Below are positions 54,601 to 64,000 of a stretch of 64,000 nt of DNA, piece after piece. The stretch's first letter is position 1. Each line of letters opens with the position of its first letter. The notes under the pieces were generated by a model. The model saw nothing but the letters and a program-made list of their open reading frames with translations, did no database searches and was not told the origin of the DNA. This stretch comes from Octopus vulgaris (lineage: Eukaryota), in contig OX597816.1 in the NCBI GenBank assembly GCA_951406725.2, positions 121,706,001 through 121,770,000 of the forward strand, read 5' to 3'. A program made the translations under genes and the position numbers.

Positions 54601-57600
54601 TAAATAATGATTTCTTTTTCCTTACATTTTAACCCACAACCAGTAAAATGATACATTTATTTATAAACCTTTAAGGGTTTCGGTTTGTAATTAGAAATTT
54701 AAATTTTGCTGTTTTTAAACGAAAGATTTCGAACAAAGCTTTATATCTCTAAGTATTCACGAAAACCTTTCTGAAAGTTAAGGTTGATGGAAAAGAACAC
54801 CATCTTGTGAATTACATAAATGAAAGTTGCTAGGGATTTTATATATTCCAAAATATTAATCCTTAAAAATTTTGTTATGTAACTTTACAAACTGTTCAAT
54901 TGCATTATTTATTGATTTTGAAAGTCTGTAGAAATATTGAATGTTTGCTGATCTTCAAATTCTGTATATACAACCACAAAACTTTTGAAATAAATTTTTA
55001 ATCATACTCTTTTTTATTTTTAATGTCATAGTATTTTTGTTTTATTGTGTGGTTGCATTACTGAATGTATTGAAGTAATATAGGATTAATGTATGTCAAA
55101 TATTTTCCCTTAAATTCTTTGAGTATATTCTAATTAAGGCAATTAAGATAAGAAATACATTTAGTTCTTAAAATAGTAGATTTCCTGTTCTCTAGTTCTG
55201 AATTATTTGTGTGATGCTGCAATACATAAGATAGCTATTGTGAAGTATTAACAACCTTATCAAGCTCTGCAACAACTAAGTTCTTAAGCTTTGTTTTAAT
55301 GTAAATTATCATTTTATTTCATTCTGGCTATTTTTATTAGCTTTGTACTGTTTTAGAGCTTAAATGCTTTTTCATCAATTTGTTTCAACATACTTGACAG
55401 GATTATATAGAGATACATACATCACTTGCAATCTTAGATGCATATTAAGAGTTGAAGTAACAAAGGCTTTTTATGTTTGTATTAAAAAGATAGTTGTTCA
55501 GCAATCACTATGGTTACACATTCACAATTCAAACTTTTGTTTGTAAGGAGATCTAGGTCACTTTCAGTCTAGGGGTTGCTTAGTGATCTTGATATATAGA
55601 TGAGTAGGGCTTCAATAAGTATGACCAGTCACAAGAATTGAGCTGCTAGTGTTTGTGACTCTAAGTTTACTGGATATGAAAGCTAATTTGTGTTATCTAT
55701 ACCATCCTAATAAATGGTAATATATTGTTTATTGTTCAAGGTGAATGGAATAATCCAAGGCATTAGCAATTGCAAAAAGATGTTAAATATAAGCAATGGA
55801 AACTGAAGACTTTTGAGAAGACTAATCTACAGAGTATGCATGTAAATTTCAGACAGATGTACACTTTGAGAAGTGAGCTGAGAAAGTTATTAGCTTTAGA
55901 AGGTTTCAACTGATGAATGCAGGAGAAATGATAGTGCTAATGTTAACAAAACATACAAGATTGGTGGGAAAGCGCTTCAGGAGTTGGGGTATAAAGGATG
56001 ACTGGAGGTTGTTACGAATTTAAGTTCTTTCTTCTACAATAAAACCTTACAGCCTTGATACTATAAAGTTCAGTAACCAGGTTATTGATAAGAATTTGTT
56101 CTTCATTATTGAAAATATATTGGTGTGCAAATTTATGTTTACACATTTCATTTTTAATTTTTATTAACCCTTTTGTTGTCATATTTCCCTTGAAATACAC
56201 TATCTTTGTGTTAATTATTTTTAAAAATAAGGAAGAATTTATTAAAATACCTATCATTTTTAAGCTGGTGTTTGGAACATAAAGGAACATGAAATTTTGA
56301 TGCAAGTTTTTAATTTAGATCACTTTAAAATTGAGAATTTGTATTATAAAACTAGGAGTTACTGCAGGCAGGTTGCCATCAGAAGGGTTCAATAATTTTT
56401 CTTTAGGAAATGTAGCATTTAAACTTCAATATTCTTACTTATTTCAGATCCATGCAGAACTGTTAAACAGAGAAAATCCAAATCTTTATAAGGATGCTAA
56501 CCACAAGCCAGAATTGGCAATTGCTTTAACACCTTTCCAAGGCTTGTGTGGATTCCGTGTAATTCAGGATGTAGCTAAGTACCTTCAAGGTAAATTTTCT
56601 CTTATTAACAGAAATTCAACATTAAGTTTCCTTGTTGGCATAAAATTGGGAAATATATTGCTTATTAGTATTAGCTTTTATGGGCACAGCATTTTTGGGT
56701 TGGTTGTATATGCTTATATGTTACAGGTATTGGAGCTTGGGAAGGGGCAAACTCAAGGGCTGTTCCAGGTGGCACACAGCCTAGCTATACTACTGCATGT
56801 CTGCTAGCCTTTATAAAATACTACAAAGGAAAGACATTGAGATTCTTTAGGGCTCCTTTGATTCCTAGTTTACTCAGGTAGAACCTCATGGCCATTTGAT
56901 GTTTAAAAAATCTTATTATATCTTTATAATTAAATAACATTAGGAATTGTATCAAAAAATTAAAATATTTTGAGTATTGTTGAAGTATGACCAATTTATT
57001 GCAGAGAAATTTTTACAACAAAATCTTATATGGACCCTGGTTGAGAACCACTGTTTTAGATAGATGGCCCATTAGATTTTTATGGGTTCTGAATTATTTT
57101 TCCTGTTTTTTAACTGAATTTTTGAGAGCAGTTTGGTTCATTTTTAATATTCTTGTTTGTGTGAGCAGATGAGTTTATTTTGGATATTTTCATTTTAAAA
57201 ATCATCTCTGGCTAATCGTTGTGAGGACATTGGTGTTGCCTTGACAAAAGTTTTCACTCTGTGAGTGCTCTTGTTTAATTTAATTTGCTTTTGTTCATTT
57301 GACTTCATTTAATAGAAATAATATTTGATAATGTGTTAATGCACTTTTACAGATATACAAGAGTTTCGTACTGTTGTTGGGACTGAAAATGCTATTAAAT
57401 TGATAGCTGCCAGCAGAGCTATTGACATGGCTTCACACAGAAGTGTGATGAAAAATGCTTTTGAAGCAATGATGATGAGAGACAAGGAAACATTACAAAA
57501 AGAAGTGCGGAAATGGGTTTCAAAGGTTATGGACATGGGTAAATATTGTAACCATTTTAACTTTCTTTTTCCTCTACACACACACACACACACTCACTAA

Positions 57601-57658
<58 letters not shown>

Positions 57659-59213
57659 TCATATATTGAGGATGAAAGCAAATTAAAATCTAAAATATTA
57701 AATAATGATATAATTCCGGTAGTCTAGGTTAAAACACTAATTCAACTAATTTATTTATGGAGATTTTAGTCAACTACTTTTGCTATAACTGGTTGATTGT
57801 GAACTGTTGAATGAATATTTTCTTGTGATTTCTCCTAATTGCAGCCATTTCTGGGATTGTATAGAATGTATTTGATCATTTCTTTTCCAGAGGAACAAGG
57901 AGAGGATATTTCTCAGTACAATGGAGAGGTGCTTCTAAAACTTCATAGAGAGTTCCCTGGCGATGTTGGTTGTTTTGCTGTGTATTTTCTCAATCATATC
58001 ACCCTCCAACCTGGTCAAGCTATGTTCCTTGATGCAAATCTACCACATGCATACTTGTCTGGAGGTAATGAATTTTCTTTTAAATTTTAGAATATGTTAT
58101 GTTTTCTTTAAAATTCTAAAGAGAAACTAAACTCAAATATCTTGTTTATGTTCATCCAGATTGTATGGAGTGCATGGCCTGTTCAGATAATGTTGTACGA
58201 GCAGGGTTAACTGTGAAATATGTTGATGTGCAGACATTGTGCAAAATGTTGGACTACACTGGTCGGCAGCCACAGAAAGCTATATTTGCAGCTATTCAAG
58301 ATACAGAGGACCCTTATGCTGCTATTTTCAAGCCTCCAGTAAATGATTTTGCTGTTATCCGTATTATGGTAAGTGATTTCTTTTCATTTTAAATAAAAGT
58401 TCTAAGCTTATTTTTATTTGATAAATAGATTAACTCTTTTATGACTGTATTTGTTTTGAAATATGAAATACACAGTATATGCATTTCGATTGATTTTAAA
58501 GTAATCAAAAATTTAGAGAATTTAGTAAAATAAATATTCTATTTTTTAAGTTGATATTTTGGAACATAACTAAACGTTCTTATTTAAGTTGAAGATATTT
58601 TAAATTTAAATATAAACACTTTAATGCAAATGGTATTTTACTGTGGGACAAGGGGTGATCTCAGTTCAGTTGGTATTAAAAGGTTAAACTGCAAAATTCT
58701 TTGTTTTCTAAAATTTACAACTCATTGAATATTTTGAGAGATGAATCAGTTCAGCAAATTTAAAACTAATCACTTTCTAGCATTTCCAGACTAACATTAG
58801 CTGGATTTGTCTCGCATAACATTTAAAAAAAAATAGTTACTTATCCAGCAAAGCTGTGAAACCCTTTTTTTATTGACAAGCACTTTCATCACCATCGTCA
58901 TTGTTTAATATCTGCTTTCCATGCTGGCATGGATTGGATGGCTTCACCGAGAACTGGCAAGCCAGGAAGCTGCACCAGACTCCAATCTGATTTGGCAAGG
59001 TTTCTGTCGCTGGATGTCCTTCCCAACGCCAACCACTCCAAGAGTGTAGTGGATGCTTTTTACATGTCACCAGCAAGGGAGACAGTCAGGCAGCACTGGC
59101 ATTGGCAACGCTGAAATGGTGCTTTTCATGTGCTAGTCAGGTGGCACTGGCTCGGCCATGCTCAAATGGTGCTTTTTACATGCCACTGACACAGGTGCCA
59201 ATTGTCTGTTATA

Positions 59214-59263
<50 letters not shown>

Positions 59264-60925
59264 CACACTCACACACACAGGTATACACAAGTGATTGAAC
59301 AAATGAAAGCATTCAACAAACTTGGTTGAAATTACCTGTATTTTATAACAGTTTAACTTGGCTCTATGTTTCATAAAATTGCATGGATGTAGGACTTTCC
59401 ATCTCATCAGATATTTGGAGAGATTCTGTATGTATATATCATCATTTAATATCTGTCTTCCATGTTGGCATGGGTTGGACATTTTGAAAGGATCTAATTA
59501 TCTGGAGGATAGTGTTGAGCTGCAATGTCCTTTGGAATGCTACTTGGATGATTGCCTCATCCTATGGTCCCACACACATGACCAAATCAATGATTTCCAA
59601 AACTTAATCAACAGTGTCAACAACCATATCCAATTTACAATGGAATATAGTCAAGACCAACTTCCTTTTCTTGACATTCTTATTATAAAAAAAAAGGCAC
59701 CAACATGGAAACTGATGTTCACTACAAACCAACTGATTCCAAACAATACATTGAGAAGAATCTGTACAATTGTCTCAAATTATAGAACATGAAATAAAAG
59801 ACTTCAAAAACTAAAGGCAATTCTTCTCAAAAGACATCCAGCATCAATAGTTGACAATGGAATAGAATGGGCCAAGACAATTGCTACCCAAGACTTATGA
59901 AAACTGAAACACACTCACAGTACACTAAATAGTCTCCCATATCTCTCAACACACAATCCAAGAAATACAGAAGCTTACACGATTATATACAAGAACATCC
60001 CACTACTGAGTCAAGATCCATGTCTAAACAAAGCACTCAAAACCTATAAAATAATAAAAAGCAAAAGGCAACCCAAATCCCTAAAAAAAACCTACTCACC
60101 AATGCAAAATTACCCAACACAAGCCCACCACCCACCATCAAAAAATGTAGTCATTCCAACTGCAGGACTTGCATCCACTTAATTGAAGGAACAATATACA
60201 AATTCCAGTCGGGACACTTTTGTCGTAAAAATGTAACTTCACCTGCGCATCAAAGAATTTACTTTATGCCATAAGGTGTGAAGGGTGCCACAAAGATTAC
60301 ATAGGGCAAACGAGCCTTACCCTCAGAGAAAGGATGACAGTCCACCGCCAACAATTGAAGGATCCCACCACAAGATAGATGCCACTTAGTAGTCACTTAG
60401 ATATCTGTGCACAAAGCAAGTCCCCCAAATTCCTAGTTTTCTCACTATACCAATGCCCACACAACACCACTGACCAAACACGAATAAATAGGGAAAATAA
60501 TCTAATTCAAAAATACAGACCACAACTCAACATATACTAACATACCCCTCCAGGTACACACCCTCAACAAACACACACAGAAACACATAGATGTACAAAA
60601 TCACACAAATACAATGCAAACACCCCACACAAACACACACATACATATACACACGCACAAACACTATCCCCACGCTAGAATACAAACCTACACACATTCC
60701 AAAAGAAAACACATATGTACATTTGCAATATGATTCTAGCAACCATAACCAACACACACATATGTAAACACGTACATGCACACACCTATTCACACCACCC
60801 TGACAATCACAAATCACATTCACACAGATATACACACAAACATGCAAATACAACACAACCCACACAAACACACAGACATGCATATAGGCACACATGTACA
60901 CACACACATGCATATAGGCACACAT

Positions 60926-60962
<37 letters not shown>

Positions 60963-63900
60963 ATATGCCCGTTCCCCAGTAAAAAATCACACACACTCAA
61001 AAGGAAAAAAAACATATACACACAATACAATCCCAACAAACACAAACACTCACAAACACACATATATACACAAGCATGCACACACCTCCCCAACACAATG
61101 ACACACACCTCCCCAACAATACAAGACACATAGACACACTCACACAAACACACCCACATGTATACACACACACACTGCACTAACAATACAAACAAAACAA
61201 ATCACTCACAAATACAGCATACACACCTGGAAAACTACATAAACCATACCCACAAATATACACACACAAGCGCATACTCAGTACCAATGTGCACAGAATG
61301 CACACACATACACACCACCCAGATAAACCCAACACACACAGACACACACAACCACTGATAAATACAACACACTCACACACACACCCACACATACCCACAC
61401 ACAGTCATATGCACCCTCACAGACATACAGTGGCTCACATACGCACACACACCAGGACAATTATAACAACACGTACATACTCAGACAGAGACACACACCC
61501 ATGCACACACACACATAATATCCCCACCAACACAAAACACACACACATGCTCACACACAAACACACATATATACACAAGCATGCACACACACAATGACAC
61601 ACCTCCCCAACAATACAAGACACACACATAAACACACTGACAAATACTAATCACACACACACACCACCAGGACAATTATAACAACATACGTATACTTAGA
61701 CACACACACACAAAAACGTGCACACATACACACACCATCCTACCAAATATAAAACACAAGCACATGTATATACACACACACACCATTCTGACCTCTGAGA
61801 CCAGTCCCAAAAACCACTGAACCATGACAGACTAGCCCAGAAACAAAAAAATCTTTTTGATTCAACATTACTCTCCCTTCCCCCACCAACCAACCTCCCA
61901 CACTGTCCCTTAAAATAGCAAACATTTCTTAGCTACACACAAGATGAAATGTCAGAATGACATATCAATTATTCCTCTACAATTTTTTTGTAAATTCTTA
62001 AAAATATCTCCTTCTGTGTGTGTGAGTGTATATCTATATACTGCCAAACAAACATGATTAATTTAACTCAAGATACTTTTTGGAGTCCCATTCTGATTAC
62101 TTTCTTAAATACTTTCTTGTAAACTGTTTTTAACATTTTCTTAATATCACAAAGAATGTATATCTGTATTTTAATACTTTTGTGATAACCAGTACTTTAC
62201 ACAACAAAGCTCATACAAAGCTTTACATCTTTAGGGTTAGGGTTAAGGTTTTAGGGTTATGGTTAGGGTTTTAGGGTTAGAGTTTTAGGGTAGAGTTATG
62301 GAAAGAAGTGAAAAATGGAGAAATTTGAGGGGGGGGCAAAAAAGTTCTTTCCGAAAATAGTAGCTGAAAAACAGGAAGAGAAAACTAAAAGCAATAGAAA
62401 TGCACGAATGATTATGGTGGTCATGAAGTAAACATGCTTCAGATACACTTGTTTATTCATACAAACGTAATTGAGATGAAATATGTCATAAATAACAGTG
62501 ACAAACAAAATATACACCACCGGAAGTTGTTGACAAACAACAGCAGTAATTTTATTAAGCTGAATGCACGTCATTGATTGGTTGAAATTACCGAAATACG
62601 ACAACTTTAACACAAAATGACTTTGAAAATAGAAACTTTTCTCAACAACACTAAGAGTAAAAGATGTTTTATATGACACATTCTATCAGTGTCCGAAGTT
62701 TGAAAATGTTTAGTTGCAAAAAATTAATTTCTCGATCTGCCATTGAAAGGGAAAAGATCCATATATATTATATATATAACACACCTGTAATGATTATCAG
62801 AAGCAGTTGTAAATCAAATTTACTACAATAAAGCAATATATAATGACCAAGGGTGATGAACTATATCATTGGACCCTGCCACAAGATTACGTGGATTTTT
62901 GTTAGCCTGGTGAATGAACAGAGCTTATAAAGTATTTTGCCCTGATTGATAATCCCCCTTTACCTCTGTCCTGTTTTGTCCGTAATCTCCAGGACCATTG
63001 AAATGACTTCCTCAATATAACATGGAATATCCTTGACAGAGCCTCTCTTTATGCACATACTCTACCAGCCTACAGTTTCCATCAGTAGGAAAGCTGGCAT
63101 AATCTGTTGTCACTAGAGCTGTACTCTATTAATAAACTTAAAATCATTGGCTCCCACTAACCTGGATATAACACTTTAGACCTACTTGACCCATACACAA
63201 TGTCAATATATATTAGAGATTACTGTCACACAAATATATAACTCCATCAAATTGGTTATCTCCCCTTTTAGTCACTGCTATTGCTGAAATACTACACCCT
63301 TCAGAATGCAGATTGTCTGTTCTATCATGTGAAGCATTTAATGCAAGAACTGATACTACTAGGATAAGTAAGACAACAATGTGGCCTGAACTGACCAATG
63401 GAGGTTTAAATACTCACACCCAGAAACCATTTTAAATTCCTTTAATTCTGATACTAAATATCTGATGATGTAGACATTTTCTATGCTAATGAAACTTTAT
63501 GTGGAGCTGTATCAAACTGTTATTAAATACATGTAACTCTGCACTATTAATTGCCAAGTAAAAATAATACATTGATGATGATAATCTGAGGAATTCTAAA
63601 AAAGTAGATCTATAGCCAAAGCTATTCCAACCATAGCCATTCTCCCTGTTATCGGATGGATTCTCTAGAATTACATTATCCTATCTGCCTTGTTGGGATG
63701 ATTTGTGATTTGAGGGAGATTTGGCTACTATTTTAAGAGGTTCCTTCATTGTTTCACTTTGCTAATAGTATTTGTAAGTGCTGTTGGTAGCGTAATTCTG
63801 TATATTATATCTTTTTACTTATTGAAGCAAACTTTCTCAGTGACTTAGTAAATATTTTTAAAAAATTAATTCATAAATTTATCATCGTTTTTTTGTGGAA

Positions 63901-64000
63901 ACTTACTGATGCTTTATATATATGTATATTTAATAAGCTTTTTGCTGTTATTTCTAGTTCTTGATGTTTTTCTTTTCAGCTTCCGGGAGATGTGGCTCAG
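21514..64000 (+). CDS. MPI: Mannose-6-phosphate isomerase (type I PMI), spliced gene span, 3' end runs off window
   Basis: Seven complete coding exons sum to 1059 nt (353 codons) with compatible phases and GT-AG ends. The product contains [42 protein letters not shown] (PMI type I signature), [13 protein letters not shown] and [15 protein letters not shown]. Confidence 0.97.
22027..22134. repeat. 34-bp perfect inverted repeat around (TA)n
   Basis: 22027-22060 is the reverse complement of 22101-22134. Confidence 0.9.
23852..23861 (+). CDS. MPI: Candidate alternative MPI first coding exon (MSV + C of Leu)
   Basis: ATG AGT GTA C|gtgagt is a strong phase-1 donor giving [12 protein letters not shown]. 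In-frame TAA upstream at 23774; second CpG-retaining region. Confidence 0.45.
26341..26735 (-). mobile_element. tRNA/CORE-type SINE, interrupted (5' head continues at 29396-29418)
   Basis: Same family as 17424-17830; the sequence resumes exactly after the second TSD copy. Confidence 0.85.
26800..27490 (+). mobile_element. CR1-group LINE 3' fragment with (ATT)n tail
   Basis: [13 protein letters not shown]...[14 protein letters not shown]...[10 protein letters not shown]...[14 protein letters not shown]; (ATT)n tail; possible ATTAAT TSD (26794-26799 / 27491-27496). Confidence 0.88.
27677..28957 (-). pseudogene. Disrupted gag/ORF1-like protein (~427 codons) with CCHC knuckle
   Basis: ATG at 28957, one in-frame TAA, two compensating frameshifts; ...[23 protein letters not shown] (CX2CX4HX4C) and a basic KRKRKKKKK tract. 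Confidence 0.75.
35275..35575 (+). mobile_element. tRNA-derived SINE
   Basis: A and B boxes present; same family as 940-1240. Confidence 0.85.
37668..38740 (-). mobile_element. RTE-clade LINE 3' fragment with tandem-repeat 3'UTR and (GAT)n tail
   Basis: ORF 38284-38748: [18 protein letters not shown]...[10 protein letters not shown]...[10 protein letters not shown], a typical RTE C-terminus. Confidence 0.92.
41640..42290 (+). mobile_element. Highly decayed second Penelope-like element (GIY-YIG region)
   Basis: Translates to [40 protein letters not shown] and [17 protein letters not shown], matching Neptune-type PLE endonuclease motifs. Confidence 0.75.
43020..43900 (+). mobile_element. Decayed CR1/Jockey-like LINE fragment interrupted by a MITE
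   Basis: [13 protein letters not shown]...ILDHIERK remnant at ~43580-43670. Confidence 0.5.
43338..43563. mobile_element. TTAA-flanked piggyBac-type MITE (other copies ~10940-11150, 48055-48267, 53086-53275)
   Basis: TTAA-CCCTTTA...TAAAGGG-TTAA termini; four similar copies in the window. Confidence 0.8.
44286..44413 (+). CDS. MPI: MPI exon 2
   Basis: ttttaaag|TT TTT CCT ... GCT GAA|gtgagt; encodes [16 protein letters not shown]...PYAE. Confidence 0.96.
44979..45577. mobile_element. Long foldback PLE-type element embedded in (TA)n, MPI intron 2
   Basis: Arms 44979-45225 and 45235-45481 (247 bp, few mismatches), 9-nt loop, unpaired tail to ~45577, (TA)n on both sides. Confidence 0.85.
45355..45446 (+). 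ncRNA. Hammerhead ribozyme with extended stem II (mirror copy at 45014-45105, minus strand)
   Basis: AAUUAG-CUGAUGA-U-UACUCGACAU...AUGUUGUAGUA-U-GAAA-CAAUU(G)UA-CUAAAUU. The palindromic CAAUUG is intact in the minus-strand copy (which has CCGAUGA) and mutated to CAAUUU in this copy. Confidence 0.65.
49165..49398. mobile_element. hAT MITE
   Basis: TIR CAGTGGTT/AACCACTG; TSD GATTAACT/TATTAACT. Confidence 0.75.
51921..52121 (+). CDS. MPI: MPI exon 3
   Basis: ttttaaag|TTA TGG ATG ... AAT AAG|gtgagt; encodes LWMGTHP...LSIQAHPNK. Confidence 0.97.
54180..54607 (+). mobile_element. tRNA-headed, hammerhead-containing foldback retroelement (candidate PLE-dependent SINE) in MPI intron 3
   Basis: 14-bp TSD TGATTTCTTTTTCC (54166-54179 / 54608-54621). 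Inverted arms ~54210-54365 and ~54440-54602. tRNA-like head 54367-54440 with A box TGGCGTAGTGG (54374-54384) and B box AGTTCAATTCC (54418-54428). HHR core in each arm. Confidence 0.85.
54258..54303 (-). ncRNA. Minimal type I hammerhead ribozyme (PLE type)
   Basis: Minus strand reads AACAC-CUGAUGA-A-GGCUG(GAGGGUAUAU)CAGCU-GAAA-CGUU-GUGUU. Stem I AACAC/GUGUU, stem II GGCUG/CAGCU, and self-complementary AACGUU in place of stem III, as in dimer-cleaving PLE HHRs. Confidence 0.75.
56448..56589 (+). CDS. MPI: MPI exon 4
   Basis: atttcag|ATC CAT ... CAA G|gtaaat; encodes [24 protein letters not shown]. Confidence 0.97.
57353..57538 (+). CDS. MPI: MPI exon 5
   Basis: ttttacag|AT ATA CAA GAG TTT ... 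ATG G|gtaaat; open frame, phases fit exons 4 and 6. Confidence 0.92.
57891..58064 (+). CDS. MPI: MPI exon 6
   Basis: ttttccag|AG GAA ... GGA G|gtaatg; encodes FPGDVGCF...[20 protein letters not shown]. Confidence 0.97.
58160..58368 (+). CDS. MPI: MPI exon 7
   Basis: catccag|AT TGT ATG GAG ... ATT ATG|gtaagt; encodes [17 protein letters not shown]...PPVNDFAV. Confidence 0.97.
59531..60540 (+). mobile_element. 5'-truncated Penelope-like element ORF (RT C-terminus + GIY-YIG endonuclease), frameshifted
   Basis: YLDDCLILW...IQFTME...LPFLDI (RT); [13 protein letters not shown]; LRRICTIVS; CSHSNCRTC Zn finger; [27 protein letters not shown] (GIY-YIG); ends [16 protein letters not shown] at 60540. 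Neptune/Naiad-type. Confidence 0.9.
60541..61790 (+). repeat. CA-rich low-complexity tract with internal direct repeats (probable 3' region of the PLE)
   Basis: Starts immediately after the PLE stop codon; ~61030-61145 is repeated at ~61525-61635. Confidence 0.7.
62231..62300 (+). repeat. Degenerate (TTAGGG)n interstitial telomere-like tract
   Basis: TTAGGGTTAGGGTTAAGGTTTTAGGGTTATGGTTAGGG... Confidence 0.85.
63980..64000 (+). CDS. MPI: MPI exon 8 (start only, truncated by window end)
   Basis: Long polypyrimidine tract then cttttcag|CTT CCG GGA GAT GTG GCT CAG (LPGDVAQ), phase 0 as required by exon 7. Confidence 0.8.

Noticed and set aside
1838-54602. A-to-G differences between foldback arms as a fossil of ADAR editing
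   Set aside because: G-to-A and CpG-type differences are similarly common and the number of sites is too small; ordinary transitions explain them.
60527-61925. Many Cys/Val- or His/Thr-rich ORFs (up to 222 aa)
   Set aside because: Translations of CA/TG low-complexity DNA; the same applies to ORFs over other microsatellites (1623, 3699-4171, 5434-5753, 7379, 8070).

Overview
Eukaryotic, AT-rich, microsatellite- and TE-dense genomic DNA. The SINE/LINE repertoire resembles a coleoid cephalopod such as Octopus (inference). The only well-supported host gene is mannose-6-phosphate isomerase (MPI, + strand). Its exons are at 21514-21532, 44286-44413, 51921-52121, 56448-56589, 57353-57538, 57891-58064, 58160-58368 and 63980->64000, with a candidate alternative first exon ending at 23861. 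The rest is SINEs (tRNA-derived, CORE, Meta), RTE/CR1 LINE fragments, Tc1/mariner, hAT and piggyBac-type MITEs, and two decayed Penelope-like (PLE) ORFs. The most notable signal is a set of sequence-unrelated foldback elements that carry type I hammerhead ribozyme (HHR) cores: 7922-8118, 44979-45577 and 54180-54607. The last has a tRNA-derived Pol III head, an HHR-bearing 3' body, an inverted partial copy and a 14-bp TSD, making it a candidate Penelope-mobilised ribozyme SINE. There is also an ORF1-only (HAL1-like) retroelement in a three-level nested insertion. All calls were made by eye; repeat boundaries are approximate unless a TSD or TIR is quoted.
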